The position numbers and the translations under genes are program-made. Shown piece after piece: positions 11,654 through 24,091 of a stretch of DNA of 64,000 nt. Below the pieces are notes generated by a model, which was given only the letters and a program-made list of their open reading frames with translations, ran no database searches and had not been told where the DNA came from. Source of the DNA: Laetmonice hystrix (taxonomy: Eukaryota); contig OZ249450.1 of the NCBI GenBank assembly GCA_965235115.1, positions 15,066,001 through 15,130,000 on the forward strand, read 5' to 3'. Position 1 is the stretch's first letter, and each line of letters opens with the position of its first letter.

Positions 11654-14600
11654 AGGGTGAGGTATCTAAGGCAAGTCGTTACCTTTTGGAGGTGGTTCTG
11701 ATTTGTCGTAATATCGAAGGAGTCTCAAAGCTAGTCTCGAAGCCGAATGGGGGGATCTGTCGTGACAATAAATAAAACCAATAAAGTTTACACAGCCAAC
11801 TTTTCTTTCGCGCCGACTCGCCTTCAGGATTTTGCAGATTTACAGACATGCAAATTTGCAGTGCATGCCGTAATTTGGTCTCCGCATCTTCCAACATTGA
11901 GTTCAAAATCAGATTCCTGGGCCGACAAATATCAGGAGGCTGTATAAAGAACCGTGCAAGATGCTGACCAATTCCGTCCACAAAATCCCTGATTTTTGAA
12001 CGACACATTTACATGTTTGTACAGACAAATGATAACAAATGAAACATGCAACAGGTAAACTCGAACTTATAGATAAATTCTACGATATGCTATCATTTTA
12101 TTTGTGACTCAAGAAACCACTAGGAACGTGTAATGTAAGACTAGATGAGTGACATTTCCTATCAATATATTTCGTTCTCTTCATTAAAAGGATCGAAATC
12201 ATAAAATGACCTTTATGTTGTATATATCACAATGTAAAGAAGAAGAAACGTGTCATCAAACGCAATGCTAAGAAAGTATAAATAAAGTACAGAAAAAAGT
12301 CTATTATGTGACTCCTAATCGGCATATCTGAAGAAATCACTGAACGTAATTGTATGTGCTGAGACGACATGAGCTCACATTTCCTAATAGACACATAAAG
12401 GCCAAACACATCGTGCACTAGGAGAAGCAAAGGAGAACTCTCATTCCGTGCGTTGAGATGAGTGAACTGTCATGGTAACAACATCCCACCCTCCCAGCCC
12501 TCTCCCAGAGTCAGACCCAATGCTTCAGTAGCAGGTGACGTGGCTGCGATCAGTGGAAAACTTTCACCTTCTTCTAACCAAGTCGCATTACTCGTAATAA
12601 AGCAGTTCGGATACGATTTAAAGTGATGAACTTTCAATCTCGACTGGCTGTTTCCTGCTGTTTGAATGAAAAACACCAATGACTCGTTAATGTCATACTG
12701 GAGAGTCATTTCAGTTTAGACCTTTTAACTTATTAAAGGGGACTTATTTCTTCCCCCTTTTCACTGTTTAGTACTATTCGTCCAAGAACACGCATCTACT
12801 CCCTTCTATCATTATTATTTAAAAACACGTTAAAATAGAAAAGCTAGAAGAGGTTCGAAGTAAAAGGAAAAGAGGACGCAGCACATGTGAAGAAATTATT
12901 ATTGAATGTATTACTTCGGAAAAAAAAAAACTTGCATGGACCAGCATATCTCACCAAGATAAATAACAAAATTTTAACTTAAAATACGAGAGGATTGTAC
13001 GAGACGTTACGCATTGCCGTGCGTGGGTGTACCGGCGTCGTAATTTCCAACCGTGAAATATTGGGAATAATTGTACTTGGCATATGACATCTTTAAACCG
13101 ATAAGCCATCTATCATCAGCGGTACAAACCTTACCCAGGCTTCGTTAAAGAAATCTCAAGAGATCGCACTTTTACAGGAAAATACCCAACCGTGCAGAGC
13201 AGGCGATAAAAGTGAAATGCAGTCCTGGTGTAATTGCAATTTTTTATTTACCTTGTCATGGTTTTTTTAGGCGGAAAAAATAAGATGACAGCAATGATAC
13301 CCCTAACGGATCCATCGGTACCGGTTAATTACCACCAACCTGGCATTGGTACGACTTTTTACGGAAAACAGAACAGAAAAAGACTTAAAGATCAATCAAA
13401 ATTATAAGATCAATCTTATAGTCATAAAATATTTTAGTAGCGCGGGTATGCTGTTCCTCAGCAAATAACAATAAACACTGTAATTCTATTGATTACTTTT
13501 TTTGTGGAATAACGGAATAACCACTCGAAAACAAGGGCTGACCCTCCTGTGATAATGGCAATAATAAGGGCTTAAATTATTCCTGTAAAGCCGACTGGAT
13601 GATACAATCTCCGGTGGGAATTATTGACTTGGATTCATGCCTCTATAGCGAGAGACTGCAGAGGCTGGCCAGAGTGTAAAATAGCACTTGAGCTTGAAGC
13701 CCTAGAAGCATGTGCGATGTGCGACGTCAATGTAAAGAAGAACAAGAGAAGATGGAGATAGCTCTCTCGGTCTAGAGACAAGGACAGACAAAATCAAACA
13801 TAACATTCTACCTTGGGGCCAGAATGTTGTGGACCAATCTGAGAAAGTCTCACATTTGGTGCTGTGTCGGCGATCTTCTAGGCAAACATTGCAGAATCAT
13901 GTATGTGTGTGTGGGTGCATCAGATTTCGCGGGAGGCATGTGGCGCGCCATCTGGCGGCTCTAATGAATGACAATAGGAGGAGGACGGGAGAAAACGTGA
14001 CCAGTAAACGCTGAAGGAGAAGTGCGAGCGCTCCAGGTCAGACCTCGGAGAGATGGCGACTAGAGAAGAACGTCATTGAACAGCAGCAATGTATACAACT
14101 GACGGCTACCAAGCACCTTCTCAGAGCCGAGATGCTGCAAATTTGGACACAGCCGCCGTCCAAAAATTCGCATGTCGCTGGCTCTGAAAGTTCTAGGACG
14201 CTGAGGAATTTCTATTTTATTCAGTACTCACTCTGAAAATGTGTACTCGGACTTGCCGGCGTGCAGGTAATGAGACCTTCATGTCCGCCATAAAGGACGG
14301 CAGGTTAAAACGGTTAACTAGCAATAATTATGATAATGTCACAGGTATACACGCTCACACTCACACATCCACAACAGGTCTTCACAGCTGACAGGGGTCA
14401 GAACATTCTCACAACACAATGTCGAGTTTCTACTTCAAATACGATCATCATGACAACTGCTATTGAACGAAAAATGGGAAAACTGGACTGTGTGTAATTA
14501 AGAGCCATCAAATCTTTGTTAACGATGGCTCACCGTGAGACATTTAAAAAATGTTTTCGAATAATAAGTCTAGTGGAAAAGTAGAAAACATTAAACCCTG

Positions 14601-15267
14601 ATTAACGCAGCCACGTGTGCTGCATACTGCATTATGTAATTAAGTTCAGTAGGTGGGAAAGGAACATGAAGGCTCCCGTGAAGACAATGACATGATATTC
14701 CAAGAAAGAATCTGGTTTACCCCCAGCCCTATTTTCGAAAGGGGACACAGACTCTTAAATGGCTATGCAAAAAAATGGAGATTTCAGTTGAAAGGTTAAG
14801 ACAGAATAAAAGCCATGCTGACATGCCTTACATCTTTAAGGGAGCGTAGCATAAAATGTGTTTAAATTTAGGTACTGAAATTTTCGAAAGCACAGAGTAT
14901 ACACATTAATGTTATTAGCGAATCCAGTTTCAGATGAAGGGACAAAACCTTCGGCAGAATTTAGCACATACAATTATACTCAAAACACCAATATAAACCT
15001 TAGAGGATTACCTAAGAAACATTGTTATCGTACCCTTCTAAAACTAAGTCTACTGGGATTCTATCAACTTTGCCAACAACTTTACTGTTAAGTGGAAAGA
15101 GATTCACGCGTTGAAAATGCAAATGGAGAAAAGGTGGCAGTCATGGGAACCATTAATGTTTCTAAGGTACGTATTTAATGATGCAGTTTAAGGTAAACTT
15201 TTGTACCAACATCCAACAATAAAACCAGGAATGGGAGCGGGAGTGTTTGCTGGGGGAGGGGGCTCAC

Positions 15268-15353
15268 CTCGTCATGTTCTTGGCAGAATGGCCGAGCAGT
15301 AGCGACCTGATGACAACCATCGCGAAGAGAAGGCTGTCCGGAGTGAGGCGCAT
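15268..15353 (-). CDS. Exon 1: signal peptide MRLTPDSLLFAMVVIRSLLLGHSAKNMT(R)
   Basis: ATG at 15353, hydrophobic core, donor AG|gtgagc in phase 2 matching exon 2. Confidence 0.8.
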
Positions 15354-15424
15354 CTTTCAGGCTTGACCAGCGCTCACTCTGTCAGGGACACCGCGCGGCG
15401 CCTGCCAAAACACCAAACAGAAAC

Positions 15425-16045
15425 GTTAACCCGCCTGTATGTCCACCGGCCACGTCAGTTAACCCGCCTAAACACCGAACACGTCAGTTAACCCGCCTAA
15501 ACACCGGACAGGTCAGTTAACCCACCTGTATACACAAACACCGGACAGGTCAGTTAACCCACCTGTATACACAAACACCGAACACGTCAGTTAACCCGCC
15601 TGTATACACAAACACCGGACAGGTCAGTTAACCCGCCTGTATACACAAACACCGGCCACGTCCGTTAACCCGCCTGTATACACAAACACCGGACAGGTCA
15701 GTTAACCCACCTGTATACACAAACACCGGACAGGTCAGTTAACCCACCTGTATACACAAACACCGGACACGTCCGTTAACCCGCCTGTATACACAAACAC
15801 CGGACACGTCAGCTAACCCGCCTGTATACAAACACCGGACACGTCCGTTAACCCGCCTGTATACACAAACACCGGACACGTCAGCTAACCCGCCTGTATA
15901 CAAACACCGGACACGTCAGTTAACCCGCCTGTATACACAAACACCGGCCACGTCAGTTAACCCGCCTGTATACACAAACACCGGACACGTCAGTTAACCC
16001 GCCTGTATACACAAACACCGGCCACGTCAGTTAACCCGCCTGTAT
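15425..16045. repeat. 37-bp minisatellite, 18 units
   Basis: Consensus cgtcagttaacccgcctgtatacacaaacaccggaca. Shorter 29-35 bp variants at the left end and in units 12 and 14. Confidence 0.97.
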
Positions 16046-19000
16046 TTAATTATTAAAAAATCTCGTCTATTCACCCGCCAGCCTTACATAGTTTCATGGC
16101 TTGCAAAATCGGGACTGCCTTTCGTATATCGCGGGCTGAGAAAATTCCAGGCAAGGTCACTCAATTTTATCTTTTTCATAATTTTCAGATTTCATAAATT
16201 TCCTTCTTAATGGTGCCGATGCCAATAAAATTTCATCTACTAGGTGTTTTGACGACACAAAAATGCATTAAAATAATGGCTAAATGTCTAGTTTAAAATA
16301 AAACATATACGTAAGCGGTTAGAACAGTCCATAAAATTAAGGGTCGGTCATATTTTCATCCGAGGGTTTCCGGAAACATTGTTTTAGACATTTATACGTT
16401 AAACGTGCAGCTAACACCGTGCAGAACTTCTCACTGCACCCATAAATTATATATTTTTTAAACATTATTTATGTCAGTTGTTGAGTTCCTTTTAGCACGG
16501 ATATCCGTTCCTTTCCGCGATGGGTTTCTGTCTGTTTAGAACAATGAGAAGCAGATGTTGATGATACCCAGTGTCGTTTTTAATGATTAGCCTCGCTTAT
16601 TTCCTACCGTGTGTGTAAATACTGCAACCACAGTTTAAAACACTCGCTGAATATTTGTATAGCGACGACCGTCGTATCTACAGACCTGAAGGGTCGAGCA
16701 TTGAGAGACTTGGCCATTCCTAGCTGACGGCCAGACGTCCAGGATCTTCAAACATTACCTCGCCCTATATCATACAACCACTACATTTTTCAGGCCTTTA
16801 TTGATATATAAATCGCATTTATACCTCAACTGTGTCATGGATCAGACAACAACAATGGTCCTACTGAAGGGCCTGGGTTATCGGGTTAATTGAACTGGGT
16901 CGACATAAGCAGCCATAAGCCACAAGCCATAAGCCATTTATAGAATATAATCGTGATAATAAAATCAATGTACCAGGTATAAATTAATCATCAATATGGT
17001 ACGAGGCGACTTTTTAAACAAAGAATTCACCCCCCCCCCCCCAAAAAAAAACATGTTCTTACACAACCAATGCCATTATAATACATTGCTCGTTACCGGT
17101 TGTGACATTGAAATCGTCCGAGTGTGACAGCCTCCTATTTTGCCTTTTCTCCTGCCATTCTTGCTGCGTGTATTTTCCCCCCGTCAAAAAAGTGAGGTCT
17201 GAGGTGCTACGCTGGCCGCCCTCCATATCTCACATTACGTGAGACTGCCTCGCCTCTGTTAATGTTCACCGTTAACCTGACAAGACACATGCCAGATGGA
17301 AAGCTTTCAAAAGTTGGATCTCAGAGGCACCTTGGCCAGACAGCTGCTGGCCTGGATGCAACACACCCCAAGGATTTATATTTTCTCCCTACAGATCTGA
17401 CAACCTATAGCTAACCCGAAGTGGAATGTCTCCAAGTCTGAAGCAGCTATCCCAGGTTAAATGCGATTGAGAAACACAGTATGCAGTGTGGCAGTATGCA
17501 TGTATTCGCAACAAAAGAAAAAACGTTAAATCTTTGTGAGAGAATATTATTGAAAATCCTGTCGACGCCAGGTCCGATACAAGAATACATTTTGAGACCG
17601 GATATAAAGTTGCATGTTTTTATGATACCCGATTGACGTCACAGAGTGTTATTGTTGTACTGTCCGACGATTATTGATGTCTGACGCACGTGTCTACATA
17701 ATGATATGATCCACACCCCTATATCATACGTTCATCGACCTTTCCAAGTCATCCACTTTCTACATATCTAAAAAGATCACAATACACCTGGCAATAAATG
17801 TCAGATTGACCACCCAGTGCCTTCTTATTCTAACACCTAAAGTAGGCCCCAGAGTTTTAGCCATTCTAGAGCTTTTTATTTGTCCTATTTGTATCTAAGT
17901 TAGGGTATAGGATATACGTTTTTCACTACTTTCGGCAAATACAACACCCCACACATCCAAAAGGTCAGCCTTTCTCACAAGGGGATATCGACTAGGATGT
18001 GAATCCTATCTGTCCTATTAAGAACAAAATTAGGAGATCGCCTCCGTGACTGTTCCATGTGTCCTTCTTTTATGAATACAATACCTTGTTTCCTGTACTT
18101 GCAGCGCTCAAAGTTATGGCGAAAGGGCGATGCACTCAATCTATTTCTGGGGTATATTCAGTTAATATAATAATCAATGACCCCTTCCCTTATTTCTTTT
18201 ATTTAAATGGATATCGGGGTAGTGAAAATTGTTCCACATCGATTCCCGACGCGTTAAAGCAACCAGGAGATGTGAAAATGAACGTTACATGTTGACAATG
18301 TGGTGGTTATTGCGTGTTCGTACACCCATTTATATGTTTCATTTCTAATCCTGGGGTATGAATCGATGACCGGGCGGGTGTGGGGTCGGGTGTGGATAGA
18401 TCTGTATACATTCAATGTACACCTCTCATACCTACGGCCCATGAATCGATTGCATGGCATGACATGAGAAATCACGGACTGGTGTTGCGGAGATTGGCCT
18501 GGGCGGTGGGAGAACGGGAGGCAAGTTTGTACCTACCTTGTGAAAATCCAATATTTCCGTCAGTGGAGACGGATACACCTGTGCAGAGCCTGGGTCTGAC
18601 TATCGTACGGTCATACTGGGTGTGGGTCCCAGACTGAACCTTCACCATTCAAACTGGTAATAATCGTGAAATATAACATTTAACGCACCATCCTTCTCCT
18701 GCCATCTTGTAAAATCCATGCGTACCCATGAAGGTTTACCAAATTATCACGGGGAATGCCTATAGATCACATAAGCCTATACTCTTGTAATGCATTTGCC
18801 TACGATACTAAATGCTTCGTATTTCTTCAGCGGTGATTTTAATCATGGATTAACGAGGCCAGCATTAATAAGTCATCCCCTCCTGTAAGCCGCTAGTCAC
18901 AATAGATGGCGGATTGAAACCAGGCAACACATTGAATAACCCTCCGTCATTAGGCCTATATTGTGAAGGTTAAGGTTGAGAAGTTCCAGGAAATTCAATA

Positions 19001-20857
19001 AAGGCGTTGATATACGTGTGACCGATCCATGTTGACCTAGAGCCCTGTGTGTTTGGCTGGGCTCATAGATTCCAACTCTAATCTCGACTGATCCATACGT
19101 GCCCTGTATGACTTCCGTAATTAGTCACGCCCTGATTATAGATGACTGGTTCGAACGTTCTCGTCTTGTTCAGCTTGTATCTCAGTGCAGCTTTTTGCTT
19201 GTCAGATTGGTCAATACAATGTCTTGATCCGTTTGACCAAACGAGGTCTATAGTGCCATTGTCACTTTTTGACCGCATCAGAAACTCTCAAAATCAGCGT
19301 TGTCGAGAGATTGTTAATGTGCCTGCAAGTCAGCTATACGGGGTGTCATTCAATGTTACCCCCCCCCCCCCCATATCAGTTTTAAGATGAACAACTCCTT
19401 AAAAAATAATGAAAATTCCAACTGTGCTGTCCACAAATTACCACTATGGACTTTTCCCCTGTAGTCACGTGACAGGTTGAGCTTCAAACGACTTTAATTA
19501 CCATCCAGGGCATTTTATGAGTGGCATAGTAACGAAACACGACATTGGTTTGATCTGTAAATGCCCAGTAAAACTATTACATCAGAAGGGGAGGTCGTTT
19601 TAAAACGAATCGCTTTAATCTGGCAATAAGGTCTCTGCAGACATCGAGCTAGAAACGTAAGGTACACAGGGTATGTCATTATAAGACCACTTGGCCGTAG
19701 TTTATAGCCATCATTCCCAAGCGTGCCTGTGTTGCATGCAGGAGCGGATCACGTGTAACGGCAGTCAGGGCGCGCAGTGATAACTGCTAGCGTAGCACCA
19801 CTTAGGGATATGACTCCGCCGGGAAAACAAAATAGTGCGTTAAGTTCGCGTTGTTAAAACTGGGCCTCATACTGTTTAGAGCGTGTACTAGCATTACGCT
19901 GGAAGGCATTTGGAAGTTTAAATGGGTAGGTTGAGTATTAACTGGAATAACAAAACATTTCTGCAAGAACTGTACGCTTGATGCATATTTTACCATTTAC
20001 CTTTTGTACCTTTTAGTTTAGAATTTAATTGCAAAAATCTCTTTTGGTGAGACCACAGTTGTAAATGTATTTTCCTGTATAATAAGAGATGCATATTAAC
20101 TCAAGATATTAAATGGTTTGGTGGGATTGCCAAAACTACATACGCCAGTGCTAATACTGCTTTAAAGGCGATTTTATTGCTGAATTATCTTGCAATATTC
20201 ACACAATATTGCGTAACTCTGAGGGCAGCGAGTAATGTGTATGCATAATAAATGGATATGATATGGCGCCGAATTGCCCCCATGCGGTCAGTATATGAAC
20301 AGAGATACCACCGGAGAGAGAAAATATGTGTTAGTTTATGTGAAATGTTTTTAGGATGGTTGCTAGGCATCAATGCCGCTTTACCAGCACTAAAGAGAAA
20401 TAAGTCGTTGTATATTTCATATTTTTCTATTCAGACTTTAGAACTTTACTCGTCTCTGAGTGACAATAACACCACTTTTATTTATTTTGTAAGGTGGTTT
20501 TTCTTCCCATCACAGGGCGATTTGTACATCTCTCTAATTGTGTTCATGCCTGTAACACACTGCCGGCTGCATGACTTGTCGGTTTGCCATTGCCGACTAA
20601 CACGGAATAACATAAAATAGGGCTCACGCTCCATGGAAACTCACATGTGGCTCGAGTTACAGCCATAACGCGATGGATTTGATTTGATTCTTTCCTCTTA
20701 AATGTGGACAGACTAACATGCGTTACGGTACAGATTGCACAGACTTGGGCAGAAACAGTCGAAAAACCCCAACTCTCTGAAATAATTGTTTAAAATGTAA
20801 AACGACCCGGTAAGTTGAGTAGGTTTATTAATGAGTAACCTTCCGTCATCACCTTCG

Positions 20858-21031
20858 GAGGGAACGAAATCTATTTCGAAGGGACGATGCTGATTTCGAG
20901 AGAACGAAATGTATGTCGAGGTAATGAAATATATTTCGATGCAACGAAATATATTTGGAAGAATAGAAATATATTTTAATGGAACGAAATAATAACTCAA
21001 AATTCCCACATGTCCCTTTAGGGGCTCCGTA
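20858..21031. mobile_element. Truncated MITE arm with ~21-bp periodic aacgaaata subrepeats
   Basis: About 7 periodic gaacgaaatatattt-like motifs ending in a TIR-like catgtccctttaggggctccgta. No matching other end seen. Confidence 0.5.
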
Positions 21032-23947
21032 CATGGTGAGAAAGGATACCTGGGAGTCAGTGACCACTGAGAATTTAAATCATGATATTTTACTTCTACT
21101 TGAATACAACTATATACAGACCATCTATTCGTTCTCCACCATCAGTTCTATGATACCTGCATCACCAGACTCAATCATCGGTTTCTCACGCTCCGTGACC
21201 TGACAAGCATACACCTACATCCTATGTATGGTAAAGGTTGAGTAGGCGTGGCCACCACCGCAGCCCGTTTAGTATTAACCTCAGCCTGACACTGTCTCCG
21301 TGTGGCCACGCCCGACCTGGGCACGCAGTCGTGCAGCAGCAGGACTTGTTTCCGAGGCTGCAGGACGATGGATGATCCCTTTCCACGCTATCCAAATCCG
21401 GCGGGAAATACAACAATAGCCTGAGTTGTCAGTAAGCCAGGCCCAGTCCGTGCCGCCTACATACGGCCTGCCACGGGTCATGCAAGTTTTTATCCTTGTT
21501 GGTTTTCTTGTTGCCCTTATAACTATCAATATCCTATCGCCTTTGTCATGAGCATGACTTGCAAACTGTCTGTAAAACAATACTGCCAATAACCTGTATC
21601 CTACCTGCGAGGATGTGGGTGTATTATTAATTTATTTTTGTGTGCAAAGGAACACGCCTGACAGGTCATCAAACGTCTTGTATGCAGTTAATTATCTTTT
21701 CATCAAGGATTTAGTGTTTTTTTACAGTAGGTTTCAGGCATATCATACATCCTTGCCATTACAGCAGCTATACTCTATAGTTATGACTAACCCTACTACC
21801 CGACCGGAACTACACCCAGGATATACAGGACCTACAGTCCGCCAACGCACATCGACATGCAAAGAAAAAAGGGGCTCAGGTGTGGGTGCCGCAAGGCCAA
21901 GTGATTTGGCGTTTGGGGCCAAGTCACGCAAAGCCTTTCCTCTTGTCCCACGAATATCCACAGACTAAGTGCACACACAATTTTATCTTGCCGTCAAAGT
22001 TATCTTATTATAGCAGAGTTCTTGATTGTGTACTCCTCCCGTATCTCCGGTCTCTAGCGGATATTACAGTGTATCAACCACCCATAGCAGATTGACTCTG
22101 TAATTGGTGGGCGGTGACATCTGGCAATGATCCCAACTTACGATCCCAATGGCAGCCATGCTCACACGGACATCACCCACTGCTCACAATGCCAGGGGTC
22201 AAAGAGCAAGTGCATGAACCCGCACGTCTTTTGTCTGGCTTTCCGGCCGTATTTCCGGCCTATCCCGCTTCCGCGGTATCACACGAGATCATACGAGTTT
22301 ACGTGGGACCACACGAGATTTTGAGTAATTTCGATCAATCCTGCGCTATTAATGAATTGGCGAGCCACAACACCGAAAATCTCATAGTTAGGCCAAACCA
22401 AGTCCATCTGGTAGAATCATTTCATCAATAAGCAATAACTAGATCATTTAGAAATGGCATTTTAGCCTGCCAGTCAGCGATTTCCTTACGGTTTGGATTA
22501 CTTTGACAGACTTCAGGTCAGGGAATTATGAAGAAACATTATCCAAAACTTAGATTGATTCTTTGAGACGATTTTACCTACGAGTATTTGGCAAATTCCC
22601 CATCTGGGATTCCCCCTATCTTTTTTAGATGTTTCATGATAAGGAAAACGCCACTGATGGGTTTCTCAATCATCCGCCGTTCCGGAATGATCCCTTACGT
22701 CCATCACGCAGATTGGTCATTCAGACATCATGCCGTGTCTAATTCAGTGTCCATCTGTTCGTGTAAACACTATGTGTACTGACAGGAATCACTGACATAA
22801 TTATCCTATTACAAATCGTCCTCTCCGACCGACGCTAATGGCAGTAGAATGACGTGTATTATCAATAAACAAAATAGTGGGCGCAAATAATCGGGACGCT
22901 GACCGAGCCATTGGGACGGCATAAATATCATTTTGTCATTTGGTTCGTATTGGACGGCGGCTGTAAATTGCCATGGTCACCATAATTGTCGTTGTAGAAA
23001 CGGAAATAAAGCATGGTCAATCAATTCTTATTCTATCAAGGAGAATCAATTTCTAACTCATCAAATACATGTATTCTAATTAAGCGTACTTCATCTCTTT
23101 GCTCCCTTGAACTGCATTTGCCTCGTTTTTCCTGCATCATTTCTTCAGACCATTCCTGGTGTCGTTGTTTCATGTTTCTGTCCTTGTTTTGTTCTATATT
23201 ATATTATATTATACAAAACAGCAGAAGCTATATGCAGCTACCCATTAACGGTCAAACTACATGCGTTTGACGCCAATAAAATGTGTACAAGAAGTGAAGC
23301 GACTATTGGACCTGACCCGACGGCGCCTCTTTCATCAGCACTGACCGCAGTTTGTGAACTCCGACACATTACTTTCTGTATATGGGAGCAATTCGTGAGT
23401 CCGATGGTGGACATAAACCACACAGTTCTCATCCCAAACACCTACAGCTCCAGCCGGACATTGAAACCATACTCGCGATGCTTATACTTGCATACACGGA
23501 GATGGTTTGGAGATGAAGTCGCTCAGAGAGTTCAGAACTAGCTCCGGCCAACAGGTAGCGCCATATGTGGGGAGCTGCTGATTTAGCACTCCTCCTGGGA
23601 GAAGACCGCCACTTGCCGCTGCCGGCAGGCTGGTTACCGGATGGTGGTTGGAGGTGGGGGGCGGTGTCTGGCTCTGTCAACGCCTGGTCACTCAGTCTAT
23701 AGAGTAGGTTACTGACAGCATGGCTCACAGCGCCAGTTAGCACGTCAACCAGGCTCAACCACGCCCTCTGGCGGCCATTTGTCTCGGCTGTTAAGTCCAT
23801 TAAATTTCGCATTGATTTTTTTTCTCATAACCGTGCCTGGAGGAATGCCTGCGCCAATGTGTATGTACATGTGTTCGGGGATGGAGGGATGGGGTAGCGT
23901 TTTCGCCAATTGCAAAATTTTGCAAAATTGCATACATTTATAAATGT

Positions 23948-24091
23948 NNNNNNNNNNNNNNNNNNNNNNNNNNNNNNNNNNNNNNNNNNNNNNNNNNNNN
24001 NNNNNNNNNNNNNNNNNNNNNNNNNNNNNNNNNNNNNNNNNNNNNNNNNNNNNNNNNNNNNNNNNNNNNNNNNNNNNNNNNNNNNNNNNNN
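23948..24091. other. Assembly gap (144 N)
   Basis: Run of N in the sequence. Confidence 1.

Larger units (their letters stand above)
2526..15353 (-). other. Gene model: Cys-loop ligand-gated chloride channel subunit (GlyR-alpha/GluCl-like), 8 coding exons, 408 aa
   Basis: Exons 15268-15353, 10912-10967, 8784-8851, 8365-8597, 8014-8096, 5187-5318, 4165-4556 and 2526-2702 all have GT-AG boundaries with matching phases (2,1,0,2,1,1,0) and sum to 1227 nt. Motifs: YLRQQWTDPRL, WTPDVFFRNEK, Cys-loop CPMMLHKYPLDTQTC, loop C CSQNYTTGAYPC, TM2 [13 protein letters not shown] (anion-selective PAR), TM4 IDKLSRKLFPLAF. Confidence 0.93.

Noticed and set aside
15425-16045. CRISPR-like appearance of the 37-bp array (also the 34-, 63- and 76-bp arrays)
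   Set aside because: Units are head-to-tail with no unique spacers, there are no cas genes, and the context is eukaryotic.
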